Shown: positions 35,030 to 46,304 of the stretch, one piece after another
Numbering within the stretch: position 1 is the first letter of the stretch
How the letters are laid out: the number at the start of each line of letters is the position of its first letter
Source of the DNA: Anthoceros angustus
Taxonomy: Eukaryota; Plantae; Anthocerotophyta
Reading direction: 5' to 3'
DNA length: 64,000 nucleotides
NCBI GenBank assembly: GCA_010909165.1
Contig: VJWM01000221.1
Location: 62,001-126,000, forward strand
Program-made: the position numbers and the translations under genes
Notes under the pieces: model-generated
The model's database searches: none
The model's input: only the letters and a program-made list of their open reading frames with translations
Told to the model about the DNA's origin: nothing

Positions 35030-35672
35030 GATCAGGTCACTCCTTAGGAAGCTGATCCCATCATTGTTGCTCTTCTTCTGTGTTTCAATTGATGAGCATT
35101 CAAGAATATGCATACATTCCGGCTAACTTAGCTCGAGTTAGGCCTAGCTGTAGCCGAGTTCGAGCCTGTGCACTTGTTGTCCCGCGGCCCTCTCTACTCT
35201 ACCTACTCTAGCCGGCAGCTCCGTTAATGCCCGGGTCGTTTCGGGTCCCCTTTGTGGCATTGTGATATTTATGAGGCAGCTGGCCACAACGTTGGACATT
35301 GCACCACCCGCTGCTGGCAGGGCAAAGTCCGACTGGTTCGACTCGTCCTCTCTTTTGTGTGAGCAAGTATTTATGATATTCCCATCTAGGAAGCTTGAGC
35401 TGCTGAGACTTCGTGCAGCATTTGTGTTTCCAAGTCGCAATTTGATGTTGTTGGGCGCTCATGGTGATTCTGCCACTCACGGGGCTGCCTGCAGCTTGAG
35501 GTTGAGGCCACTTGTGGATCGGTTATGCAGGGGCCTGAGCTCGTGGTGCCCTTGTGGGAGAGCTGGGATGTCTTCACTCCCCTATTAGGTTGAGTGTGCA
35601 GTTTGAGCTGAGTCCCGTCACGCAGCAGCAGCAGCAGCAGCTCGGATACGCTCAAAGAGAGCACTGAGCTGG

Positions 35673-37166
35673 GTGGCATGCTTGGCAACAATGCAGGTTC
35701 CAGGGTCTGCCTCTGCCGCTGCTCAACGTAAGTGCGACAGGTTGCGGGACAAAGGAAATGTGGTTTTCTCAGATGGTATCTCTGCTGCGCTGTCCCCCTG
35801 CGTACGGCGCTCCCGACTCCAGAAGGCTTGTGCTCTCTACACCGAGGCCTTGGGATGCAGCGTCTCCGAACCCGACCGAGCCAAGTGTTGCAAAAATTTG
35901 GGAGCTGCTTACTGGCGGCTCACCAGGCTGGGGTTTGATCTTGTGGAGGGTAGCTCGATTGTGAGTCCGGACGACAAGCACCTCATATTCAACGTGTTAC
36001 CGAGCGCGAGGAATTTTCTGGCAGCTGTGGAGCACGGGAGCAAGCAGCCCCGTCAGTCAAGGGAATGGCTGGAAAATATACAACTGAGTCTGCAGGATAT
36101 GGCCACTTCGGTGGTGGACAGGATGCGAGAATTGGGCTTGCTGGGCCCTGTGTACAATGTCCCCTTGGCGTATCGACTCTCCCTGAGTTGCAAGTCCAAC
36201 AGTCTTCTGGCAGACCTCTGCCGAGTGTTCAGTTCAAGGGTGCCAGCCAATTGCAAGTCTCAAGCTAGTGCCATTCTGCACAGAGCGTTGGCCGAGCATC
36301 TGCTGGAGCAAGGAGCGACTTTGCTGAAGACGGAGTCTTGGGACGGAGACCCTGGTGATTACAAGGCCTGTTTGGCTCTCATGGCGGATTGTTATCATCC
36401 CTTGAAGGTGGCGGAGGCACATGCACACTGGGATGAGGTTGAGTTTGTCGAGGACGTCAAAGCCTTGAGGTCCAAGGTGGCATCCCAGCAGCTCCTTTGC
36501 GAGTCTATCCAGGCCCGGGTGGCTGGTGACAAATTCCTCACTCAAGCCCTTGCTGTGGATACGGACAGCCTGAAGCGGAAGAATTTGGCTTATCTTGCCC
36601 TGGATGAGTACAAGGTGGCTGCTAGTCTCGCTAAGGGTGTGGACGTGGAAGCTGAGGCACTGGCATTGTGTTGCGTTGGCAATGTGTACAGCTCAGCTCT
36701 CAAAATGGAGAAGAACGCTTTGCCATACTACGAGAACTCCCTGGATCTTGTGAAAAGAAACCCCAATTTACAAGTGAAGGGTGAGTGGTACAGACGAGCT
36801 CGGTCTGCTATGCAGAGGCTGAAGAGGCTCTTCAACCCGCCGAGGGTGCACGAAGAAGTGGCAAGCCAGGACAAGCAGATGAGACAGGCGTACGAGGAGG
36901 TAAAGAGTGTGATAAAGCAGTTGGAGACTGAGGCTAAGAAGCTGGGTCCGGCTGAGTTTCTGACATACGTCTACAAGGCCCATCCTCCCCGCAAGCCAGA
37001 TGCTATCGACTTGCAACTGGGGAATGACAGCACAAGGGTTGCTTTCCGGAGGGCTCTAACTACCTATCACCCTGATCATCACAATGCTGATGACGACAGA
37101 AAGTGGAGGGTCATTTGCCAGGAGATAACCAAGAACCTGTTGATTAAGTACAAGTTGTTGAAGTAG
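35673..37166 (+). CDS. Intronless ~490-aa TPR-like helical protein with C-terminal J-domain-like segment (HPD motif)
   Basis: Single 497-codon ORF. TPR-like helices (LRDKGN..ALYTEAL; EALALCCVGNVYSSAL..ALPYYENSL) and terminal AFRRALTTYHPDHH..EITKNL. Start codon uncertain (GTG 35673 or a downstream ATG). Confidence 0.75.
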   Translation: MACLATMQVPGSASAAAQRKCDRLRDKGNVVFSDGISAALSPCVRRSRLQKACALYTEALGCSVSEPDRAKCCKNLGAAYWRLTRLGFDLVEGSSIVSPDDKHLIFNVLPSARNFLAAVEHGSKQPRQSREWLENIQLSLQDMATSVVDRMRELGLLGPVYNVPLAYRLSLSCKSNSLLADLCRVFSSRVPANCKSQASAILHRALAEHLLEQGATLLKTESWDGDPGDYKACLALMADCYHPLKVAEAHAHWDEVEFVEDVKALRSKVASQQLLCESIQARVAGDKFLTQALAVDTDSLKRKNLAYLALDEYKVAASLAKGVDVEAEALALCCVGNVYSSALKMEKNALPYYENSLDLVKRNPNLQVKGEWYRRARSAMQRLKRLFNPPRVHEEVASQDKQMRQAYEEVKSVIKQLETEAKKLGPAEFLTYVYKAHPPRKPDAIDLQLGNDSTRVAFRRALTTYHPDHHNADDDRKWRVICQEITKNLLIKYKLLK

Positions 37167-37885
37167 AGGTGCAAAATCCAAGTCCGTAGGGTATTTCGCT
37201 CCTCATGTATGCGAAGGTGAGCATGTTTCGTTGCAGGAAGAATGTTCAGATCATGCGGATCTAGGATTGTGACTGATTCTTTCCCTTGTAGTATGTATAA
37301 CTGCTGGATGTAGGCCGTCTATCTGCGTGCCCCCGATGTACAGTCTCTGTTGTTGTAGCAAGTCATTCTTGGTTGCCCTGTGCCCAAGTCCTCCCTCCAG
37401 TTCAGGGCCTTCCCAATAAAAGCATGAGCGGAAGCTTTCTCGATAATTTCCTTGTCAGAGTTGCGATCTCGAAAAAGGTTGGTTTTTTTCGCAGCGACAA
37501 AAAAAAGCGGCGTGGCGTTCCCTCCCTTTTTACAGCACCATGCGTACACAGAGTCATCGAGTGCTGACACCGTATGTACGTACATACGGGGATGAGTCAC
37601 GCACGTTGCGTACATGCTGCAAATACGGCATACTGATCAAGCGGTATGTGCGGGAGACCGGGTTTTTTTCTTTGGTGCCGAAAAATTGGCGGCCGAAAAA
37701 GGAGTGAGGTGAATGAAATCCCGGGTCGCAGGAATGAGGGATGGTTTTGCCGCAGTTGAATGTTGAATCTGGTAATGCCGCTTGCTCCTCGGCATCCGAG
37801 TTCTCCTACAGTCTGCCATCTCTGCAAATTTCGTGTGACTTGAGGTCGAGCTCCAGCTACTGCTGCGTGAACTGTGGCTGGGCTG

Positions 37886-39563
37886 ATGTCGGGGATCGAC
37901 TTGGCTCGCTCTTACACAGATCTCACGCTGCGCGAGGGCGGAGGCGTCAGTATCCGTGGACAGCCTAGCTTCACTTCAAAGAGTTGGCTTGCGCATTTCC
38001 TGTCCGCTCCAGGCTGCTGCTCTCTCTCCACTGAGCTTGAGCTCGCTCCCTTGGCTGGCCTGTAGTGCGGGAGGGCTTATAGATCTGACTGAGCGTGCAG
38101 GGTGTCGATGGTAGGGTTTTGTGGTCCGCAGCGCAGATAAGCGTGGTTTGTGTTGGGTAGTCATGTTGTGTAAGCTCACGAGTGCGCTCAGCTCTGCGAG
38201 TGTCCTACCACAGGACATTGGTGGGGGGAAGGTGCTGAAGAAGGCGTCGATAATATGGAAGCTGTTCATGCTGGTCATGGTGGGCATCTTCGGAGTGTAC
38301 CTGTGTTTCCTCAGGGTGGACTGGAAGAAGTACCAGTCGCTGCTGGCAGCTGATGCGGCGCCCGACGGCTGTCGCAAGAGCGACCGCCACGCAGATGGCT
38401 TCCTGCAGCATTACCCGGAACCCTCGACTTATAGTAGGTGGGTGGCCCAAGTTCCCGATGCCCATGGCCCGCTCTCGTCGGTTTGGTGTCCGCTTGCTTA
38501 CCGAGCTTGTGGGCTGGGGTGGTTGGCAGGGAGGAATGCGCCTGCACTCCTGTGCACTACTTCGCTATAATGTCGATGCAGAGGTCCGGGAGCGGATGGT
38601 TCGAGACTTTGCTCAACAATCATCCCAACATCAGCTCTCATGGGGAAGTGTTCTCGCTCAAGAATCGACGAGAGAACTTCTCCACCATTGTGGAGACTCT
38701 GGACACGATCTACAACCTGGACTGGGTCAGCAGTGCCTCCAAGAACGAGTGCACTTCCGCTGTCGGTTTCAAGTGGATGCTTAATCAGGTGATGCAGTTA
38801 GTGGTGAGCTTCTGCTCTTGTTTTGATATCGGCCGTGGGCATTTGCTCATGAAACCGAGGCGGGGGTTTCCAGGGTGCCATGGAGTATAGGAGGGAAGTG
38901 GCTGCTTATCTGCAGCGACGAGGAGTTTCCATCATCCTCCTCCTCAGGCGCAACACTCTCCGAAGGCTTATATCTATTTTGGCCAATGCGTATGACCGAC
39001 AAGTGAAGCAGTTTAATGGCACTCACAAGTCGCATGTGCACTCAGAAGAGGAGGTGGGAGCAAATCTGCGCATTTCCTTTGTTTTTGGTAGGTTGCATAG
39101 TGCCCACTTGAGCCTCAACGACATATGCATGACAATTCACATGTTGCAGGCCAAAATGCTAGCTGAGTTCAAACCTGTGATCAATGTGGATCATTTGCCC
39201 GGGAATCTGCAACGGGTGCAACAGATTACGAATCATGCTGTTTCTATATTCAACAGCTCCCGCCTCCTCGTGGTGTTTTACGAGGATGTGGTCAAGGACA
39301 AGAAGGTAGCTTGCCTTGGTGTACACAACACGTCAAGAGTTTGTGCCTCTTTCTTGTTCTCATGCTCTCCTTCGATTGTGAATCTCCAGAATCTGCTGAA
39401 GATCGAGGAATTCCTCGGGGTTCCAGCACAGAAACTTGAGAGTAAGCAGGTAAAGATTCACAGGAGACCTCTCTCACAACAGATACAGAACTGGCCTGAA
39501 GTAGCCAAGAGGCTGGCAGGCACGGAATTTGAGAGCTTTCTGGCTGATGACGAGTACAGCTGA
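37886..39563 (+). CDS. Nodulation protein H-like sulfotransferase (type II membrane), multi-exon
   Basis: TM anchor IIWKLFMLVMVGIFGVYLCF; FAIMSMQRSGSGWFETLLNNHPNISSHGEVF; AVGFKWMLNQ; LLRRNTLRR; FYEDVV; QVKIH. First exon is uncertain. Confidence 0.85.
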
Positions 39564-39752
39564 GGTCCAGTGTCAGCCAACTTGTAGGGGAGTATGTAGC
39601 TGGGACCCAACCCAGTCGCTGCAGCACCTGTGGGAAGCGATCTCATAACTTTCAGTCTTGCTCTGATAATAGCAATGTTTCGAGACAAAAGCCGTGTACT
39701 CGTCGAGATCCTTCTTCCAGAGTTCCTGCACCCTTAGGTGCTGCACGACTTT

Positions 39753-42700
39753 TCAAATGTGGTAGGTGAGACCCACTTCTATCAGAGCCTCATGGGGGAT
39801 CATCAGAGCCGCAACACTTTCCCGACAGTTTCGTCGAAGGAAAGCATAGAGGAAGTTTATGACAAATCTTTTCCCAGCCGATGCACGTTTGTCTGCCTTG
39901 ACGATTGTGTGGCCCAACAGGTACATCGCCCCGACATCTTTGGCTTTGTACAGGACGCGCAGTTCTTCTTCCACTGCCGGGTCTAGCCTGCCAAACCTTT
40001 GCAGCAAGCCTCCGGACATGATGCCCACCGGGGGTGATGCCTGCGCCTTGTCCAATGACACGTTGCTAAGCACGCTGCTGCGTACGCTGCCGCCATCGTG
40101 AAGGCTCTCCGTATCCCCACCTTCCACTGACTCCAAAGCTGTTATTTCCTGTGAGGGAGGGCTCTTTGGGGAAAAGGGGCTGGCGGGAGCAGGTGACTCC
40201 TGTTGGTACTGGGCCATGAGAGACTCATAGCAGATGAAGTTGGCCAGGCTTGCAATGAGCTGATTCTCGAAGTCCTCATGCCTGTTCCTCGTGTCAGTAT
40301 ACCCGTACCTGACAGCGCATCTGTACATGCGGAAGTCCCTGGTGCCCACTCTGCGGATGAGGAATCTCTCATCCTGAGGAACTCTTGGCACTGGCAGGTA
40401 CTTGATGGACACAACACATATAATTGAGTGCATGGCTGGCAAGTTCCTGAGCAAATGTGAGAAGATGACAGGCACGCCGTGTACGTACTCAGAGTATACG
40501 AGTCCCATTCCAGGGACCCTCACAACTCCCAGAGTGTTGCCCAAATTTTCGATCCAGTCCATGGGTACCTGGCTGTGTTCCTCGTACTCATACTTGGCTC
40601 TTCTCCCATATTGCCATGAGTACATAACGACGAGGAAAAACGCTGCAAAAACCAGAGGTACCCACCCTCCTTCTGCCACCTTATAGAGAACAGAGGAGAA
40701 GTAGATAGTTTCCACTAGGCCGAAGATGGTGAGGAAGCTGAGTGCATAGGTTACAGGGACTTGCCATATAAGGAGCATTGTAAGTGTCACCAAAATGGTT
40801 GTAACCATCATCACAGCCACCACCGCAATTCCTACCAGGTTTCAGTACAGGCGAAATGTTTCAGTATTCCAGACTATAGTCAGTTCAACCTTCCAGAAGT
40901 AAAGCAAAGGAGTGAGACCTTACCATAGGCGTTGCCAATTTTGGCTGTGTCTCGAAAACCAATTGTGATAGCAAGACACAGGATCATCAGCAGCCAGTTC
41001 ATTTCCGGAATGTATACACGTCCATGAAATTTGTTGGATGTGTGAATGATTTTCACTCTAGGGAAACATCCCATCGCCCCTGACTGTTTGATGATGGAGA
41101 AGACCGCAGTTATCATTGCCTGACTGGCGATGACGGCTGCTGCAGTAGCGATGAGGAACATGGGCCAATAAACAGGCTCTGTACCAGAGACAATGCGTGA
41201 ATAGTGCGACAGTGGATCTGAAACACAGGCTAGCTGAAACAACCAGAGACATCGACAGGTTTGCAACACAGTCATCGGCTTACTTGGGATTGACTTGTAG
41301 AAAGCATCACTGACATCCGCAGGATACTTATGGAGGTAAGCTCCCTGTCCAATGTAGGCCAACAAGAGGCATGGATAGACCAATGCTGCGAATGAAAGCT
41401 GCGTGTTGAATTCATACCCGTTAGGTCCTTGCCAACAAACAACCTTTAGACATTCCTAGCTCCTAAGGTAAGCAAATACCTGTATGGATTTCACTGAGAA
41501 GTGCCCCAAATCAGCAAACATGGCTTCTGTGCCTGGAGCAAGCCATTGTATGGAAACGAAGGCATCATCAGGTTCCATCATGTCCTACCAGCTACAATCG
41601 TCCTTTTCTTGGTAGTTGTGCCAAGGACCATGAACTCAGCAACTTAAAATGGTGAAGGCATGCTGTAACTTGCCTGTGACACACAGCACTATTCCCCCAA
41701 GAGATACCCACGCTTGTTTTTTGTTGCGGATGAAATACCCCATGATATGATGCGGGCTAAAAGCCTCAAGGATGGATGGATCGTGCTTGATTATATTGTA
41801 CAGCCCTATAACGCCAATGCACAGAAACCAAACAAGCACTACAGGTGCGAACATGAACCCCACCTTGTTGGTGCCTAACCGCTGTACACTGAACAAGGCA
41901 ACCAATATGATAGCAGATACAATGACCACCGCATCTGCACGAAGCCCACATAGCCCACATTTTAGGCACACTCTTTGTGTTAAAATGCAAGACACAATCA
42001 GCATTAAGTTTGTTGTTAATGTTAAGAACACTAATCTATAACCTCACTTTGGTTGAACTTCGGTGTGGCACTCTTGATTCCCTGGATCGCCGACAATACT
42101 GTATGTTCACAGGCAGGTTTGCATCAAGCGATACTCTTGGTTGCAGACTTTGTCAAGCGTCAACTCAAGGACTGCATTTTTCGTTCAAAAGGAAGAAGGT
42201 GAGCCGTACCTGAGATTGAAGGAGTGAGCACACCATCCCCTATCACGCACGCGGTACCCAGGAGGACCAGGATAAGGATAACATTTTTCAATGCATGGGA
42301 TTTTTCAAGTCTGTCCTTGAGCTTTCGAGCCAGCTCCAACTGCCTGCTAGGAAGCTGCAAATTATACGTCGAGAGATGTGTGTCGGAGAGCTCGGAGTTT
42401 GGTAACAGGCTAATTGAGGCATGCCTGGACAAAAGCGAGTAGATTGCGAACGTACCACCTGCACCAGCAGAGGAGGCCAAATTAGGTGGTGACTCGCAAA
42501 TAGTGCGTTAGAAGTTGCTGCTGCAGGTACAACTAGGTTATCACAAGCAGACATCGAAGTACCTTCGCCATGGTCATTGGCACGCAGCACAATGAAGACG
42601 TACTTGACTAGGGGTAAAAGAGTGAGGGTGTAGATGATAAGCGAAAGTGCCCCAAGCACATCATCTCTGTGCCGCATGCCATTCGGGAAGGTGCTACTGA

Positions 42701-43087
42701 AGACGTAAAGTGGTGAAGTTCCCACATCCCCATACACCACTCCTATGGACTGATAGGCCAAACGCAAGAGCACTGACCATGGCACAATCTGTGCGGATAT
42801 AGGCAGAAGGAAATATTAATCATTTCCCTGCAGCCTGGGGCAAAAATATGACACAGAAATGCAGGTGAACAATGTGCACCAGTGCCAAAACTCTGCTGAT
42901 GACCACTCACCTGCTCCCCCAGATTGGCCATCCCTCTAATCCGCATAGCCTCTATATCGAGTGAGTCTATGCGACTCATCCTCCTCACAAATCGTTGAGC
43001 CATAGATGGTGTCTGAGGGACAGACGATTCTGGCGGCTTGCCTGCAGGGTCGTTGACCTCCGCCTCCGCCTCCGCTTCGTCAGCCAT
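39753..43087 (-). CDS. HAK/KUP/KT potassium transporter (HAK5-like), multi-exon
   Basis: [85 protein letters not shown]. Confidence 0.95.
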
Positions 43088-44031
43088 ATTAACGGTCTCT
43101 GCTGATCAATGAACACAAGAAAACATCGGACGCAGCAAAAGGTCATCAATTCCCCTTCGTCAGCAAGGGGGAATTGTGCACGCAAGAACCAAGTCCACAC
43201 CTTCAGGAGTTCTACCTCTTCCAATAGTGTTCAAAGCTGAAGTGAAAGCTTGCGAGCCAACTTGTCTATGGAGTTCTCCGAGGATCAGTCCAGCGTGGTG
43301 ATGAATTAAAGAGATCCAACGCCTTGAGCACTGGCGGATCTACCAGTACTCGTGCGCTCTACCACACTGACAGCAAATTAAGGCTCTGCTGTTGCGAGGA
43401 TAACAATGCTTATACCGGACTGGGCTGCATGCATGTCAACCCTGAAGATGTGGCACAGAGCTCCGCGCAAAGAGCGCTGAAACAAAACAGTATCATAGCA
43501 GCAAAAACTTCATTACGGTGCGCAAGAAGCGCAGATGAAAGTGCAAAAGGATTGAGCTGGAAATGAGCAATCGGTCACGATGCCTCAATTTCGGCCATGA
43601 GCGGGAATACGCACCGCAAAATTCCTCCAGGCTAGCAAGAACTGACCAGAAAGAACTGTCGCCAATCTTGTGCACACAAAGCCAAATTGGTGATCACTTC
43701 TTCAACAATGATCAAACGAGCATGCTTAATCTGGAACGTGGATGCAGTTATGCTGCAGCTTCGGTCTCAGGCACAGGCAGGCTGATACATCGAAATAATC
43801 GCATTACACTCAGTGAGAACAGCACGTAAGCACTGTCCAGGTAAGGTGCAGATTTCAAAGAGACTGCACTTCGGCAGGGCAAAGCCGAGTGGAGCTGTCT
43901 TGGCGTCTGGAGTCTTTCCTCACTGGTAGGTTTAATCGGAAGTTACACAGGTGTCGTTTTACGCAGGGTGGAGGGTGTCTATATGCCTATTGGTACAGCT
44001 GTAGTCCGAGCTAAGGGTTCTCAACTTCTGC

Positions 44032-44200
44032 TGAACTAGGCAATACAACCGTTCTACCCAAGATGATAGGCCCTTTCCTTTATAAGCTAAGGGTTCTCAA
44101 CTTCTGCTGAACTAGGTAATACAACCCAAGGGTTCTCAACTTCTGTTAAGTCAGGCGATACCAACGTTCCAACTTCTGTTAAACTAGGTAATACCAACGT
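44032..44200. repeat. Short degenerate direct repeats (AAGGGTTCTCAACTTCTG..AACTAGG core, 4 copies)
   Basis: Directly visible at ~44032, ~44089, ~44128 and ~44169. Confidence 0.7.
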
Positions 44201-44231
44201 TCTACTCAAGATCATAGCCCCAAGTCTCCCA

Positions 44232-45598
44232 TTACTGGAGGAGCGGCTCGCGAGCATCGTTGACCCCTGCTGAAGAGTCTAGAGCAGTTTCACGAAGGTA
44301 GTAGCGGAAAGGCCACCATCCTCTTTCTCTTCCTCTTATCACATACAGGTAAAAACCATATATGAGGAAGGCTGCCGCTGCCAAGCCGAGGAACCACAGG
44401 AAAATCACCAGAAGAAGATGTGATGTGCTAGATGTATAGTCTGCATGATTGAACGGAAACAAGTGCATTTGGTGTCAAAGATATCAATTTCTAATAATGC
44501 ACATTATGCAATTGAAGTTCTCGAAAATAAACTACAAAGAAGTGAGCATCAAATTCACCTCGTTCAACATGCAGGATGTAAGTGGTTGGATGATGTGCAA
44601 TAGCTGTGACCGTGATCCGGAGCGATTGGACATCTTTTCCTGCCTCATCGTTGATGGCCATCGGGGGACTCTCGATCCCGTTGGCGAGTGGAATGCCTTC
44701 CAACTTGACGACAAAATCTTCGTCTCCCTGCAGGAAACTTGCTTGCATGCTTGAATGACTTGATGTGCTTTGGAGCGAAATTGAGGGAGATAAGACTTGT
44801 ATCTTAGCAAGGAAGATTGAGGGAGATAGACTATACTGTACCTTAGCAAGGAAGATTCAGGGAGATAGACTATACTGTACCTTAGCCGAGAAGATTAGCC
44901 AGGGAGATTGAGAAATACTGTACCTTAGCAAGGAAGACGGTGATACGGACAGCGATTGTGCCATAGGGAACAAGAAGTACGTAGTTCCAGCAATTTTCCG
45001 CGAACGCAGGCACCAATTTCCCACCATCCAGCGTCACAAATGCAAGCGTGGCATGCGGAAGGGGAGCACTAGGCGAAGGGGGAACCTCAGGAGGCGAAGG
45101 GGGAACCTCAGGAGGCGAAGGGGGAACCTCAGGAGACGAAGGGGGAACCTCAGGAGACGAAGGGAGAACCTCAGGAGGCGAGAGCGGCTGAGGCGGACTA
45201 GGCTCGTCCTCGGCAGGCAGCTGGCCTGAGGGAGGAGGAGGAAGGAGAGGCTCAGGAGGCGAGAGCGGCTGAGGCGGAGGAACGACAGGCTGAGGCGGAG
45301 GAGGGACAGGGTCCGACTCGGATGATGGAGGAGGAGAGGGCGGCGATTCCGGTCCGGGAGCGGGAGCTTCGAGCGCTCCAAAACTTTCATCTGACAGTAC
45401 AAGCTGAGCCTGAAGCTGAAGCAATCCGCCTTGAAATTCTGCTCCCTCCTCAACTGTGGAAAGTTGGTGAGGACGAAATGTGCCGGTGTCCGACTGCCTG
45501 CCTGGTGCGCCGTCCCGCCAGGATGTGACTCGGGCGTCCGAAAGGAACAGCCATAGGAGCAGAGCGCACACGACGCGAGCACGACTTGTTGGCGACAT
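44232..45598 (-). CDS. Single-pass membrane protein: signal peptide, Pro-rich stalk, cadherin-like beta-sandwich domain, TM, short tail; 3 exons
   Basis: Exons ~45598-44924, 44727-44559, 44440-44232. Hydrophobic N-terminus; (SPPEVPP)n encoded by 21-bp repeats at ~45065-45180; LDGGKLVPAF..NYVLLVP..VRIT..LRITVTA..TTYILHVER; TM LLLVIFLWFLGLAAAAFLIYGFYLYVI. Confidence 0.7.
44781..44937 (-). repeat. Four ~36-43-bp tandem repeats, each containing a copy of the exon-1 splice donor
   Basis: Minus-strand CTAAG|GTACAGT occurs three times plus one degenerate copy. Confidence 0.85.
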
Positions 45599-46304
45599 TG
45601 TCCGCCAGTTGTCAGCTCAGCTCCAATTGCTGCTGCGCGCAAGACGATGAAGCAAACAACCAAAAAATGAGGAAACAGCTCCACACGCACAGCAAGGACT
45701 GTGTGAAACACCGGAGCGAAACATCGACACGAGATACATACTTGCAAACAGCGGGAGCCTGCGTTACCACAGAACCGCCATAGCCATCCTTATAAGGCTC
45801 TGGCCTCCAGGTGGAGAGCATGGAGAGTAAGTGGAGGAGGGCGCCAATGATCATCCCTGCTGCCAGAGTATACTACGTAACTGGACTACGACCGGCCAGG
45901 AAATCAAAACGGGTGGACCACGATTTCAGCGCACGCCTACGCAAGGCCATGATGCAAGGGAGGGGAGGCTCACGACTGGACACTCATTGCTCCACTTCTC
46001 AGACTGCAGTTCCAAAAGCACAACGCCAGTTGCTAAAATATTTGGTAGCAGGCAGGCTTTATGGAAAAGGGCGTGTGCCCGTACTTTCATCAGGACACAA
46101 AAACACTGCTTCCAGGACAATTTAACAATTCGAAAGGTCATGGCGTATGCTCCAGGACGACTTAACAATTTGAAAGGTAAAAAGCGAGACCGACATCTAC
46201 AATCTACGTTTGGAAAAGAATACTACAAAAGTTCACTCGTCCTCCTAGGGAAGCACAAGCGGGAAAGGAGTTGGCACTGCCTTCAGAGGAGAGGTCCTTC
46301 AAAG

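Noticed and set aside
37886-39563. NodH-like gene as evidence of rhizobial HGT or nodulation
   Set aside because: This sulfotransferase family is widespread in land plants and has normal introns.
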